A stretch of 54,015 bases of DNA from Patescibacteria group bacterium (GTDB lineage: Bacteria; Patescibacteriota; Minisyncoccia; Phycocordibacterales; UBA9973): NCBI GenBank assembly GCA_038061755.1, contig JBBTYN010000001.1, positions 1 to 54,015 on the forward strand, read 5' to 3'. Below, one piece after another: positions 1 to 10,328 of the stretch. Both the position numbers and the translations under genes were made by a program. Each line of letters opens with the position of its first letter. Within the stretch, counting starts at the first letter, position 1. Under the pieces are notes generated by a model. That model was not told the DNA's origin. It saw only the letters and a program-made list of their open reading frames with translations, and did no database searches.

Positions 1-1490
1 TACCGTGAGGGAAAGGTGAAAAGCAGCCCGATTAGGGCGGTGAAATAGACCTGAAACCGTATGTCTACAAGGAGTTGGAGTTCGTCTTCGGATGAACGAC
101 AGCGTGCCTATTGAAGAATGAGCCAACGAGTTTATGCATACTGCTAGGCTAAGCTGACTAAAACAGCGCAGCCATAGGGAAACCGAGTGTTAATAGCGCG
201 ACTGTATATTTATTTATACGGGTAGAATGCATAAGACCCGAAGCCAGGTGAGCTTGCCATGAGCAGGATGAAGTTCGTCGAAAGACGAATGGAGGTCCGA
301 ACGGGTAGATCGTACAACGTCTTCCGATGACTTGTGGTAAGGAGTGAAAAGCTAATCGAACCTGGTAATAGCTGGTTCTCTCCGAAATAGCTTTAGGGCT
401 AGCGTCAAGTGTTTTCTCTGGGGGTAGAGCACTGGAAGGTTTCGACAGGGAGCAATCTCGCGAAACCTATCAAACTCCGAATACCAGAGACCATAGCTTG
501 GCAGTTAGGCCATGGGGGCGAAGCTCCATTGGCCAAAAGGGAAACAGCCCGGATCTCAAAATAAGGTCCCTAAATATATACTAAGTGTAAGACAAGAAGG
601 TGAGATTTCTTTAACAATGAGGAGGTTGGCTTAGAAGCAGCCATCCTTTAAAGATAGCGTAACAGCTCACTCATCTAGAGATTTTGCGTCGAAAATAATT
701 GGGGCTAAGTATATTACCGAATTTGAGGATGTGGTCCGACCTCGGTCGGACCACGTGGTAGGAGAGTGTTCCAATCTGCTGTGAAGCAGGACTCGTGAGA
801 GCCTGTGGAGCGTTTGGAAGTAAGAATGTTGGCACAAGTAACCGCAATGGGGCTGAGAACGCCCCACGTCGAAAGATCAAGGTTTCCTTGGTAATGTCAA
901 TCAGCCAAGGGTTAGTCGGGCCTAAGGGAATGGTGAAAACCGTACTCGATGGACACAGGGTTAATATTCCCTGACTTTTGTATTTAGTGACGAGATGACG
1001 GAGTGTAGTATGTATCGCTCATTATTGGATTTGAAGTTTGTTTACTAAAGATGATGTGTAGGAAAATCCGCACGCTGCTTTTAATGGCGAATCTAAGGTA
1101 GATGAAAAGTTTTATTCTTCGGGATAGGACAATGATACAAAGCATGCTTCCAAGAAAAATTTCTAAACTTATAAATATAAAATCCGTACCGCAAACCGAC
1201 ACAGGTGATCAGGTCGAGTAGACCAAGACGAACGAGTGAGTGGTCCCCAAGGAACTCGGCAAAAAAGCAGCCGTAACTTCGGGATAAGGCTTGCCCTTTA
1301 TTAATTTAGAGGGTCGCAGCGAAAGTATTCCTGCCAACTGTTTACCAAAAACACAGCTCCCTGCGAACTCGTAAGAGGATGTATAGGGGGTGACACCTGA
1401 CCAATGCCAGAAGGTCAAATATCGACGTTGTTATGTAGCAATATGTGATGGTGATTGATATAAGCCCTGGTGAATGTCGGCCGTAACTAT

Positions 1491-2292
1491 AGACAAAACC
1501 GTTGTAGTTACGCAAATAAATCTTGCCAAATGCTGGAAACTCTGGGTCCAATTTACATTGGATAAAAAAGTGTTGATTAGTACGAGCACACGTCGATGTG
1601 TCGTGACAATCTAATCACGCAGACAATCAGCAGGAAAGACTTCTGATCTAATAAAACATAATGAAAAATATCCCGATCGATATAGGAAACTATATTGCAG
1701 GATTTACAGACGGCGAAGGAAGCTTCAATGTCTCAATCAAAAAGAGGTTAGATTATAAAGAAAGTTGGAAATTAACCGCATCGTTCAATATTTCCCAAAA
1801 AGATAGAGTAATTCTTGCTTGGATAAAACATATCTTGGGATGTGGAACATTACGGGAAAGAAAAGATGGTGTTGTGTATTATGAAGTAACTAATATTGCT
1901 TCATTACACGATGTCATTATTCCATTCTTTAAAGTATATGGTTTTCGTTCTGCGTATAAAAAAAATAATTTTAGAATTTTTTCTGAGATTGTTAAAATAA
2001 TGCATAAAGGAGAGCATAATACCAAAGAAGGATTTCTAAAAGTTTTAGAATTAAGAGAGAAACTTAATCCTGGAATTGGAAGAAAACGAAAATACACATT
2101 ATCAAATGTAGTAACTTCAGAAGAATCCTCAGAGACTATACGCAAGACATTTTCAAATCAATAATTGGAGTCGACGATTTGGAAACGATGATATAGTCCG
2201 ATCTCTATGGCAACATAGAGCTAACATGTTTTAGTTTTTATTTGGTAAATAGTTTTATTATATATGTTTATATCATTCAACCTTAAGAAAAG
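1491..2292 (+). mobile_element. Group I intron at 23S position L1917 (E. coli numbering) carrying a LAGLIDADG ORF
   Basis: The H69 sequence stops after ...GTAACTAT (T at 1490) and resumes with AACGGTCC at 2293. The 802-nt insert follows a U and ends in G. ATATAGTCC (P7-3'-like) lies at 2191-2199. Confidence 0.85.
1661..2164 (+). CDS. LAGLIDADG homing endonuclease, single-motif (homodimer-type), intron-encoded
   Basis: 167-aa ORF with an N-terminal YIAGFTDGEGSF motif, lying wholly inside the L1917 intron. Confidence 0.9.
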   Translation: MKNIPIDIGNYIAGFTDGEGSFNVSIKKRLDYKESWKLTASFNISQKDRVILAWIKHILGCGTLRERKDGVVYYEVTNIASLHDVIIPFFKVYGFRSAYKKNNFRIFSEIVKIMHKGEHNTKEGFLKVLELREKLNPGIGRKRKYTLSNVVTSEESSETIRKTFSNQ

Positions 2293-2969
2293 AACGGTCC
2301 TAAGGTAGCGAAATACCTTGTCGGGTAAGTTCCGACGCGCACGAATGGTGTAATGAGTGGGAAACTGTCTCGGGGACCAGCTCGGTGAAAATACAATACC
2401 GGTGAAGATGCCGGTTAAGTGCAGTTAGACGAAAAGACCCTAGAAGCTTTACTATAACTTTATATTGAGCATGTTTTTTGTCTGCGTAGCATAGATGGGA
2501 GAGGTCTGATGGATTCGATTTTGGTTGAATTCTACTCGTCAGTGAAATACCATTCTTACCGAAGGCATGTTCTAACCAATACGGTAAAAACGTATTGAGA
2601 CAGTATATGGTGGATAGTTTTACTGGGGCTGTACCCTCCTAAAGAGTAAAGGAGGGGTTTAAAGGTAATCTAGGCGCGAATGGAAACCGTGCCGATAGTG
2701 TAATGGCACAAGATTGCTTGACTGTAAGAGGTACATCTCGAGCAGGTACGAAAGTAGAACATAGTGAACCGACCACCCGTGTTAGACGCGGTGGAAGATT
2801 AACGGATAAAAGCTACTCTAGGGATAACAGGCTAGTTCCGCCCAAGAGTTCATATCGACGGCGGAGTTCGGCACCTCGATGTCGGCTCACCTTAGCGCGG
2901 CGGTGGAGAAGCTGCCAAGCGTTTGGCTGTTCGCCAATTAAAAAGGTACGCGAGCTGGGTTCAGACCGT

Positions 2970-3276
2970 ACTGAAGCGGAAATTTATTTCGGCTGAAGTA
3001 CAGTTTGAACCCTCAGAGGAATTTGAATTGTAAAAATTTGAACTGTTTTAATCGAAATTAACCAAGTACATTAAATTGTACACACGGCGGTGCTGTATAG
3101 AAATATATAGTAACAAGCTGACTTATATCGGTGGAATCCGAATCCAGAAATGGAAGGATAATACCGAGGGAAAAATTATTTGTAAAAATATTTTGCCCGT
3201 AGAGACTAAACGTCAGCAGTCCTAATTTTAGGATGAAGCTATAGTCCAATCCACACAGTAATGTGTGACGTAGATG
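2970..3276 (+). mobile_element. ORF-less group I intron at 23S position L2593 (the I-CreI-type homing site)
   Basis: GGTACGCGAGCTGGGTTCAGACCGT (ends 2969) is rejoined by CGTGAGACAGGTTGGTC at 3277. The 307-nt insert follows a U and ends in G. It has GTAGAGACTAAACG (3199-3212) and GCTATAGTCC (3238-3247), resembling P7 strands of known group I introns. It contains no credible ORF. Confidence 0.8.
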
Positions 3277-3328
3277 CGTGAGACAGGTTGGTCTCCTATC
3301 TACTGCACTCGTTGATTCTTGAGAAGAT

Positions 3329-3359
<31 letters not shown>

Positions 3360-3609
3360 TGACCTCTGGTGTACGAGCTGTCCTGCCAAGGGCACTGCTC
3401 GGTAGCTATGTCGGGAATGGATAACCTCTGAAAGCATCTAAGAGGGAAGCCAGCTTCAAGATTAGGAATCGTTAAGAACCGTGAGAGATGATCACGTTGA
3501 TAGGCTTTAAGTGTAAATGCAGTAATGCATTCAGCTGAGAAGTACTAATGTTTCGATTCCTGTTAAGAAATTTGAAAATCACAAAAAAATTATTGAGATC
3601 GAGTTTTCA

Positions 3610-3719
<110 letters not shown>

Positions 3720-3774
3720 CGAGTACTTGATTCTAAAATAGCCTTGATAAAAAATTAGGGCTATTTACTCTTGC

Positions 3775-3804
3775 TTGACATTTTCATATTGTGTGTGATA
3801 TAAT
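3775..3804 (+). promoter_or_regulatory. Sigma70-like promoter (TTGACA, 18 nt, TATAAT)
   Basis: TTGACA at 3775-3780 and TATAAT at 3799-3804, upstream of the 3865 ORF. Confidence 0.4.
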
Positions 3805-3864
3805 TATAAACAGAAAAGGGTTGGGAATTTTCCCTAAAAAAATTCTTTTAAAAGGAGAAATATT

Positions 3865-4053
3865 ATGCAAGAAAATCTCAAAGGTTTTCAGTTATTTTTT
3901 TCTATTTTTTTTCTTTTGTTGGCATTCGGAGTTTTGAGTGCCAGTGAAATGCCTCTGAGGACCATGTCTTCAGGGGAGGGAATTTTGTTTTTTGTTTTTT
4001 CTGGCCTAGCTTTTATTGCCATCTTTTGGAGTAAACCCAGTGGTAAGAATTAG
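3865..4053 (+). CDS. Small hydrophobic membrane protein, hypothetical
   Basis: AAAGGAGA Shine-Dalgarno sequence upstream of the ATG; two hydrophobic stretches. Confidence 0.5.
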   Translation: MQENLKGFQLFFSIFFLLLAFGVLSASEMPLRTMSSGEGILFFVFSGLAFIAIFWSKPSGKN

Positions 4054-4090
4054 GCAGATTATATAATATATTGTTTCATTAAACCCGGCT

Positions 4091-4957
4091 TTGTCTCTGA
4101 CGAAACTGGGTTTTCTCTTTTTAGACACGTTGCTAAAACTCGTTACCTGGTGTTATTATACCTTTATGACACTTTCGACTTGGGCTATAAAGCGACAAAT
4201 TTTTTATATAATTGTTCTCATTTTATTTTTTTCAATATTCGGATTTTTAATAATTTCTTCTAATTTTAATAAGGCGCCGAGTTGTTTTGATGGCAAGCAA
4301 AATGGAGACGAGACAGGTATAGACTGCGGAGGCTCATGTTTAAATTTTTGTTCCAATCAAGCAGACACAATTTCAATCCTCTGGGCTCGCGCTTTTAAAG
4401 TTGTACCAGGACGTTATAATGCTGTAGCTTATCTTGTAAATCATAATAAAAACGCTGCAGTTCTTAAAATAAATTATAAATTTCGTTTTGCTGATACGAA
4501 AAATGTTTACATCAGCAAAAGAGAGGGTAGCACTTTTATTCCTCCAGGAGGCAATTTTGCTGTTTTTGAACCTGGGATAGACATTTGGAATTCTATTCCT
4601 GTTCATGTTACTTTTGAATTTACGGAGATACCACAGTGGTTTCAAGTATCACAAGAAAAAATTGATCAATTAAAAATTCTAGTTTCAAATATACAACTTG
4701 TGAATGAAACAATATTTCCTAAACTCTCCGCCACTATAAAAAATAATTCACTTTTTACTATTCCTAATATGGATGTAATTGCGATTCTTTATGATATGAG
4801 TGGAAATGCTATTTCTGCCAGTCGCACTTTTTTAGATCAAATTAATCCGCTTCAAAGTGCTGATATTAATTTTACTTGGCCAGAGCCATTATCAAGGAAA
4901 GTGGTAGTTAAAGAGATTATTCCTATGTATAATATTTTCTCTGCGCAATTAAAATAA
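4091..4957 (+). CDS. Hypothetical membrane-anchored protein with a Cys-rich CFDGKQNGDETGIDCGGSCLNFC module
   Basis: Long ORF in the operon frame with an N-terminal TM segment. The TTG start is uncertain; an internal ATG is possible. Confidence 0.6.
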   Translation: MSLTKLGFLFLDTLLKLVTWCYYTFMTLSTWAIKRQIFYIIVLILFFSIFGFLIISSNFNKAPSCFDGKQNGDETGIDCGGSCLNFCSNQADTISILWARAFKVVPGRYNAVAYLVNHNKNAAVLKINYKFRFADTKNVYISKREGSTFIPPGGNFAVFEPGIDIWNSIPVHVTFEFTEIPQWFQVSQEKIDQLKILVSNIQLVNETIFPKLSATIKNNSLFTIPNMDVIAILYDMSGNAISASRTFLDQINPLQSADINFTWPEPLSRKVVVKEIIPMYNIFSAQLK

Positions 4958-4959
4958 TT

Positions 4960-6105
4960 TTGTACAGTAACAATATGGCAGAAAAAGTTTTTAAAAGAAT
5001 AGATTGGCTTCTCGTTATTTTTATCATTCCAATAATTGTTGCAGGCTTAGTGACAATGAAGTCTTTTGCTACGCTTGAAAACGGAGGTGATTTTTTTAGC
5101 AAACAAATTATTTGGGTATTTTTTTCTTTTGCTATTTTTTTTATTTTTTCTTTTATAGATTTTCGCTTTTTAAAACGCACTGATATATTAGTATTTTTAT
5201 TTTTATTTGTGTCTTTTCTTTTGTTAGTGCTTATGGTTTTAGGGAATATCTCACATGGCGCAAAGAGTTGGTTTAATTTAGGTTTATTTTTTTTTCAGCC
5301 TGTTGATATAATGAAGTTAGTGTTGGTTCTTGTTTTAGCAAAGTATTTTTCTCGTCGCCATGTGGAGATCAGAGATATTAAACATATTTTTATTTCTTTT
5401 TTTTATGCACTTATTCCTTTGATTTTAGTTTTGCTTCAACCAGATTTTGGTTCAGCTATGATTATATTTTTTATATGGCTGGGAATGGTGTTTGTTTCTG
5501 GAATTTCTAAAGTTCATTTGTTTGCGGTGTTTGCAACTGGTTTGTTGATTTTTGCAACGTTTTGGTTTTTTGTTTTTGCTCCATATCAAAAAGCCCGTAT
5601 TTATAATTTTATAAATCCTTTGACTGATATTCATAAAACTGGGTATAATGTGTTTCAATCAACTATTGCAGTAGGTTCAGGGCAACTTTTAGGCAAAGGA
5701 TTAGGTTTTGGAACACAATCTAGACTTAAGTTTTTACCAGTACCTCAGTCTGATTTTATTTTTGCCGCTTACGCTGAAGAATGGGGTTTTGTTGGTTCAG
5801 TCTTAATTCTATTATTTTATTCTTTGGTAATTTGGCGAATTCTTTATTTTGCATCTTTGGGTGCATCCAATTTTGAAATACTTTTCGGAATAGGTATTGC
5901 TATTTTTTTTATGAGTCATATACTCATAAATATTGGTATGAATCTTGGGCTTTTGCCGGTAACTGGTATTCCTCTTCCATTTATGAGTTATGGTGGCTCA
6001 CATTTTTTAACCGAATTTATAGGATTGGGTATTTTGATGGGTATGCATAAATATTCTCGGATTGCTCATAAGGACGATATGAGAAATGAATTTTTAGGAA
6101 TATAA
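4960..6105 (+). CDS. SEDS-family peptidoglycan polymerase (FtsW/RodA/SpoVE)
   Basis: Motifs PDFGSAMI, QSDFIFAAYAEEWGF and GLLPVTGIPLPFMSYGGS; multi-TM protein. Confidence 0.9.
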   Translation: MYSNNMAEKVFKRIDWLLVIFIIPIIVAGLVTMKSFATLENGGDFFSKQIIWVFFSFAIFFIFSFIDFRFLKRTDILVFLFLFVSFLLLVLMVLGNISHGAKSWFNLGLFFFQPVDIMKLVLVLVLAKYFSRRHVEIRDIKHIFISFFYALIPLILVLLQPDFGSAMIIFFIWLGMVFVSGISKVHLFAVFATGLLIFATFWFFVFAPYQKARIYNFINPLTDIHKTGYNVFQSTIAVGSGQLLGKGLGFGTQSRLKFLPVPQSDFIFAAYAEEWGFVGSVLILLFYSLVIWRILYFASLGASNFEILFGIGIAIFFMSHILINIGMNLGLLPVTGIPLPFMSYGGSHFLTEFIGLGILMGMHKYSRIAHKDDMRNEFLGI

Positions 6106-6109
6106 AATT

Positions 6110-6943
6110 ATGACTATTGTCGATGGAAAAAAAATACGAGACGAGATTTTAGCTAAGATAAAAAAGGAAGTTAGCATATTATCTTTTAAACCAGTTTTTT
6201 GTGATGTGCTGGTTGGTGATGACTCTGCCTCTGTACAATATGTGCAAATGAAAGGGCGTATGGCAGAGTCTGTTGGTATAAGTTTTTATAAAGCAAATTT
6301 TTCTATATCCATAACTACTGAAAAATTAATTAAAGAAATAGAAATCTTAAATAAAGTTCAAAATATGTGCGGAATAATTGTTCAACTTCCATTGCCTCCA
6401 CATTTAGATAAACAAGCTGTATTGGATGCTATTGATTCGCACCTTGATGTTGATTGTCTTGGTACTGTTGCGAGTGAAAGATTTTACAATGGTGGAAGTA
6501 TCGTGGGTTTTCCGACAGCTTTAGCTTGTATGACATTATTAGATTCTATAAATTTAACTTTAAAAGATAAAAAAATTGTTGTTTTAGGACAAGGATTATT
6601 AGTAGGGAAACCAGTTACAGCCTTGCTTAAATTTCGAGGTTTAAATCCTATTGTAATTAGAAGTAAAACGGAAAACAAAGAAGAACTTATTAAACAAGCA
6701 GATATTATAATTTCTGGTATGGGGAAGGGAAAATATCTTACTGGTGATATGATTAAATTAGGGACAGTACTTATTGACGCCGGAACTTCCGAATCTGAAG
6801 GGGGGATTGTGGGTGATGTTGATTTGGAAAGTGTTAAAGATGTTGCTGGATATGTTTCGCCTGTGCCCGGGGGTGTTGGTCCGGTAACTGTCGCAATGCT
6901 TTTGAGTAATGTATTACAAGTAGCAAAAACTTTAAATGAATGA
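6110..6943 (+). CDS. folD: Bifunctional methylenetetrahydrofolate dehydrogenase/cyclohydrolase
   Basis: IVQLPLPPHLD, DVDCLG and PVPGGVGPVTVAMLL motifs; ends in TGA, overlapping the next ATG. Confidence 0.9.
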   Translation: MTIVDGKKIRDEILAKIKKEVSILSFKPVFCDVLVGDDSASVQYVQMKGRMAESVGISFYKANFSISITTEKLIKEIEILNKVQNMCGIIVQLPLPPHLDKQAVLDAIDSHLDVDCLGTVASERFYNGGSIVGFPTALACMTLLDSINLTLKDKKIVVLGQGLLVGKPVTALLKFRGLNPIVIRSKTENKEELIKQADIIISGMGKGKYLTGDMIKLGTVLIDAGTSESEGGIVGDVDLESVKDVAGYVSPVPGGVGPVTVAMLLSNVLQVAKTLNE

Positions 6944-7430
6944 TACAATCTTTTTCTTTTTATATAATTTAGCTTATCAGTCAAAGATTTTTGATGGTAT
7001 CATTATTTTTTTTGCTGTATATTTTTTATATATTGTAATTGTTTTGGCTCTGTTATTTTTGTTTCGAGTTTTTAATTGGAAAGAATTTATTTTAATATGT
7101 GTGTCAGGAGGTTTTGCTTGGATTTTTGCAAAAATATTAAAAATTTTAATTCATACACCTAGACCTTTTGACATATTTTCACAAGTGCACTCTCTCTTTT
7201 TAGAAACTGGATATGCTTTTCCATCTGGACACACCGCTGTCGCGTCAGCAATTGCTTTTGCATTATTTTTTATTAATAAAAAAATTGGCTACATTTTCAT
7301 TTTCTTTACTTTAATAATAGGTATTGTGCGCATTATTGCTGGAGTGCATTTTCCAATTGATATTTTAGGTGGCTTTATTCTTGGTGGGATAGTTTCTTAT
7401 TTATTTGCATATTTTATAAAAAATGTATAG
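6936..7430 (+). CDS. PAP2-family phosphatase (undecaprenyl-diphosphatase-like)
   Basis: KxxxxxxRP, PSGH and HFPIDILGG motifs; multi-TM protein. Confidence 0.8.
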   Translation: MNDTIFFFLYNLAYQSKIFDGIIIFFAVYFLYIVIVLALLFLFRVFNWKEFILICVSGGFAWIFAKILKILIHTPRPFDIFSQVHSLFLETGYAFPSGHTAVASAIAFALFFINKKIGYIFIFFTLIIGIVRIIAGVHFPIDILGGFILGGIVSYLFAYFIKNV

Positions 7431-7445
7431 AATGGCTATGTATTT

Positions 7446-8819
7446 ATGATTAAGAAAATAATTTTATCTATATTTATACTTATCTTGGGTGCTGGTGTTG
7501 GCTTTTTTGTTTATAAATCAGAAGCTAATTATAGAAAATTACCAGTAGACACTAAGGCTACTGGTTTATCAAAATTTCCTTTTAAACTAGGGCTTGATCT
7601 TTCTGGAGGCAGTCATTTGATTTACAAAGCTGATACTTCTTTGGTTCTATCTGGTCAAGTGGGGGACTCTATGAATGCGCTTCGTGATGTAATAGAACGA
7701 CGTATAAATATCTTTGGAGTTTCTGAGCCAGTAGTGCAGGTACAGCATGGTGGATTTGTTTCCGGAGCAGGAGAACAACTGATAGTTGATCTTCCTGGTG
7801 TAACTGACGTTAAACAAGCGATAGACATGATTGGGTTAACTCCACTTCTTGAATTTAAAATAGAAGCACCTAAGGGTACTCCCCAAACAGTAACAGTAGG
7901 CAAAGATGGAAAAATAAATTTAGATAACATAAATTTAGGACAGCAATTTGTTTCTACAGAACTCACTGGAAGATATTTAAAGAAAGCAATTCTAGAATTT
8001 GACACAAATACTCGTGAGCCGAAAGTAAGTCTACAATTTGATGATACTGGTACAAAACTTTTCGCTCAAATTACAAAAGATAATATTGGGAAAATGGTAG
8101 CAATTTATTTAGATGGCGCTCCTATCTCTACGCCAGTTGTTCGAGAAGAAATTCCAAATGGTCAGGCTGTTATTTCTGGCAGTTTTACTCCGACTGAAGC
8201 AAAAATGCTTGTTGGTCGGCTTAATTCTGGAGCTCTTCCTGTGCCGATAACACTTCTTTCTACTCAAACTATCGGTGCTATTTTAGGAGATAGTGCAGTT
8301 AATGCTGGAGTTAAGGCTGCAATTATTGGATTCTTATTAGTGGCTCTATTCCTAATTATTTTATATCGTTTACCTGGCTTAATCGCGACGATTTCTCTTT
8401 GTATTTTTATAGTTATCATACTCGCCTTATTTAAATTAATGCCAGTTACTCTAACGGCAGCTGGTATAGCTGGGTTTATAATTTCTATTGGCATAGCTGT
8501 TGATGCAAATGTGCTTATTTTTGAACGTGTTAAAGAAGAATTGCGTTCTGGTAAAAGTATTGCTGATTCAATTTCTATTGGTTTTTCTAGAGCTTGGTTT
8601 TCTATTCGAGATTCAAACATTTCAAGTTTTATCACAGCTGTTATTCTTTTTTGGTTTGGTACATCTTTAATCAAAGGTTTTGCTTTGACACTTGGTATGG
8701 GAATTATTGTGTCAATGTTTAGCGCAATTATCATTACTAGAATTTTTCTTTCAACTATTGGTTTTATAGGTGAAGGGAAAATTGCTAGGTTTTTATTTTC
8801 AAGCGGATTTAGCAAATAA
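7446..8819 (+). CDS. secD: Protein translocase subunit SecD
   Basis: LGLDLSGGSHL and periplasmic domain, with a C-terminal 6-TM block IGIAVDANVLIFERVKEE. Confidence 0.9.
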   Translation: MIKKIILSIFILILGAGVGFFVYKSEANYRKLPVDTKATGLSKFPFKLGLDLSGGSHLIYKADTSLVLSGQVGDSMNALRDVIERRINIFGVSEPVVQVQHGGFVSGAGEQLIVDLPGVTDVKQAIDMIGLTPLLEFKIEAPKGTPQTVTVGKDGKINLDNINLGQQFVSTELTGRYLKKAILEFDTNTREPKVSLQFDDTGTKLFAQITKDNIGKMVAIYLDGAPISTPVVREEIPNGQAVISGSFTPTEAKMLVGRLNSGALPVPITLLSTQTIGAILGDSAVNAGVKAAIIGFLLVALFLIILYRLPGLIATISLCIFIVIILALFKLMPVTLTAAGIAGFIISIGIAVDANVLIFERVKEELRSGKSIADSISIGFSRAWFSIRDSNISSFITAVILFWFGTSLIKGFALTLGMGIIVSMFSAIIITRIFLSTIGFIGEGKIARFLFSSGFSK

Positions 8820-8822
8820 TAT

Positions 8823-9725
8823 ATGTTTATAATAAAACACAAAAAAATATTTATCAGTATATCAATAATCTTAGTTGTTCTTTCTTTTATTTTTTTATTT
8901 ATTTTTGGATTGAAAATTGGTATTGATTTTAAAGGTGGGGCGCTCACAGAAGTTGTTTATAAAGTAGAACGTCCAGTACAGTCTATTTTAGAAAAATCTT
9001 TTGCAAATCTTGGTTTTGGCTCCGTTCTTCTTCAGCCGGTAGGGGACCTTGGTTATATTGTAAAGACTCGTGATTTAAATGATTCCGAACATACCTTACT
9101 TTTGAAAACACTTTCGGAAGATAATAAGAGTACTCTCACTGAAATAAATTTTAATTCTATCGGACCTTCTGTTGGGCAGGAACTTACGAGAAAAGCAATT
9201 TTAGCGATTATTTTGATTTCGTTTGCAATTATTTGTTTTATTGCTTTTGCTTTTAGAAAAGTTTCTAAACCGATTTCTTCTTGGAAATATGGAATTATTG
9301 CAATTATTTCACTTTTACATGACGTAATTATTCCTATTGGATTATTTACAATTCTTTCTTATTATTTTGGGGCAGAAGTAGATACTCTTTTTGTAGTGGC
9401 AGTTCTTACTATCCTCGGTCTTTCTGTTTCCGACACAATAGTTATTTTTGATCGAATTAGGGAAAATTTGAGAAATCAAAATTCGATAGCTAAAGTGAAT
9501 TTTGGTGAAGTAGTTGGAAAAAGTTTAGAGCAGTCATATGTGAGATCTATTTGTACTTCTTCAACGGTTATTCTTGTGCTTCTGGCGTTATTCTTTTTTG
9601 GTCCTGTATCTACAAAGTATTTTGCCCTAATGCTTACAGCTGGAATGTTTTTTGGAACATATTCTTCAATTTTCCTAGCCTCACCGCTATTAGTATTAGT
9701 AGAAGAGTGGCAGAAGAAAAAATAA
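8823..9725 (+). CDS. secF: Protein translocase subunit SecF
   Basis: GIDFKGG and GLSVSDTIVIFDRIREN motifs; immediately follows secD. Confidence 0.9.
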   Translation: MFIIKHKKIFISISIILVVLSFIFLFIFGLKIGIDFKGGALTEVVYKVERPVQSILEKSFANLGFGSVLLQPVGDLGYIVKTRDLNDSEHTLLLKTLSEDNKSTLTEINFNSIGPSVGQELTRKAILAIILISFAIICFIAFAFRKVSKPISSWKYGIIAIISLLHDVIIPIGLFTILSYYFGAEVDTLFVVAVLTILGLSVSDTIVIFDRIRENLRNQNSIAKVNFGEVVGKSLEQSYVRSICTSSTVILVLLALFFFGPVSTKYFALMLTAGMFFGTYSSIFLASPLLVLVEEWQKKK

Positions 9726-9775
9726 GTGTTATACTCTAAATAATTTTAGATTATTAGTTAACAATATAATATATT

Positions 9776-10324
9776 ATGTATTTTTTAATAATTTTGTTAG
9801 TTGTAGTTTTATTTGCTGTTTTTCTTTTTAATCGTTTTGTTTCTTTGCGCAATAGAGCAAAAGAAGCTTGGGCGGATATTGAAGTGCAGTTGAAGCGTCG
9901 CTATGATTTGATTCCTAATTTAGTGAATACGGTAAAAGGTTATGCGACGCACGAGTCTTCAGCTTTTGAGAATGTTACCAAAGCAAGATCAATGGCTATG
10001 GGGGCGCAAGGACCAACCGCTGATCATGCGCAAGCTGAGAATATGTTGACTGGAGCATTAAAATCAATTTTTGCTATTGCAGAAGCATATCCAGATTTGA
10101 AAGCTAATCAAAATTTCTTAGCTTTGCAAAATGAACTTTCAGACACGGAAAATAAAATTCAAGCAGCACGCAGATTTTACAATACTAATGTTCGCGATCT
10201 AAATATTTCAGTGGAAAGTTTTCCAGGCAATCTTATTGCTTTTACATTTAATTTTACCAAAATGGAATTTTTTGATTTGAGCGACAATGATGTTGCGCAA
10301 AATCCAGTAGCAGTGAAATTTTAA
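9776..10324 (+). CDS. lemA: LemA family protein
   Basis: N-terminal TM segment, with the RRYDLIPNLV and AENRI-like (TENKIQAARRFYN) LemA signatures. Confidence 0.85.
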   Translation: MYFLIILLVVVLFAVFLFNRFVSLRNRAKEAWADIEVQLKRRYDLIPNLVNTVKGYATHESSAFENVTKARSMAMGAQGPTADHAQAENMLTGALKSIFAIAEAYPDLKANQNFLALQNELSDTENKIQAARRFYNTNVRDLNISVESFPGNLIAFTFNFTKMEFFDLSDNDVAQNPVAVKF

Positions 10325-10328
10325 TTTT

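Noticed and set aside
667-3249. Track ORFs inside the 23S gene and its introns (667-867, 671-880, 984-1202, 1209-1418, 1342-1551, 2703-2996, 3058-3249, and 1879-2145 antisense to the endonuclease)
   Set aside because: They lie within conserved rRNA or intron RNA, or antisense to a motif-bearing ORF, and have no Shine-Dalgarno sequences or protein motifs. Only the LAGLIDADG ORF 1661-2164 is credible.
3736-3766. Hairpin AAATAGCC...GGCTATTT after 5S as an rRNA operon terminator
   Set aside because: The stem is AT-rich with a 15-nt loop and has no clear U-tract, which is too weak to call.
6484-8947. Antisense ORFs of 166, 116 and 227 aa (6484-6984, 7655-8005, 8264-8947) opposite folD and secD/secF
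   Set aside because: The sense strands carry unambiguous FolD, SecD and SecF motifs, and the antisense products have none.
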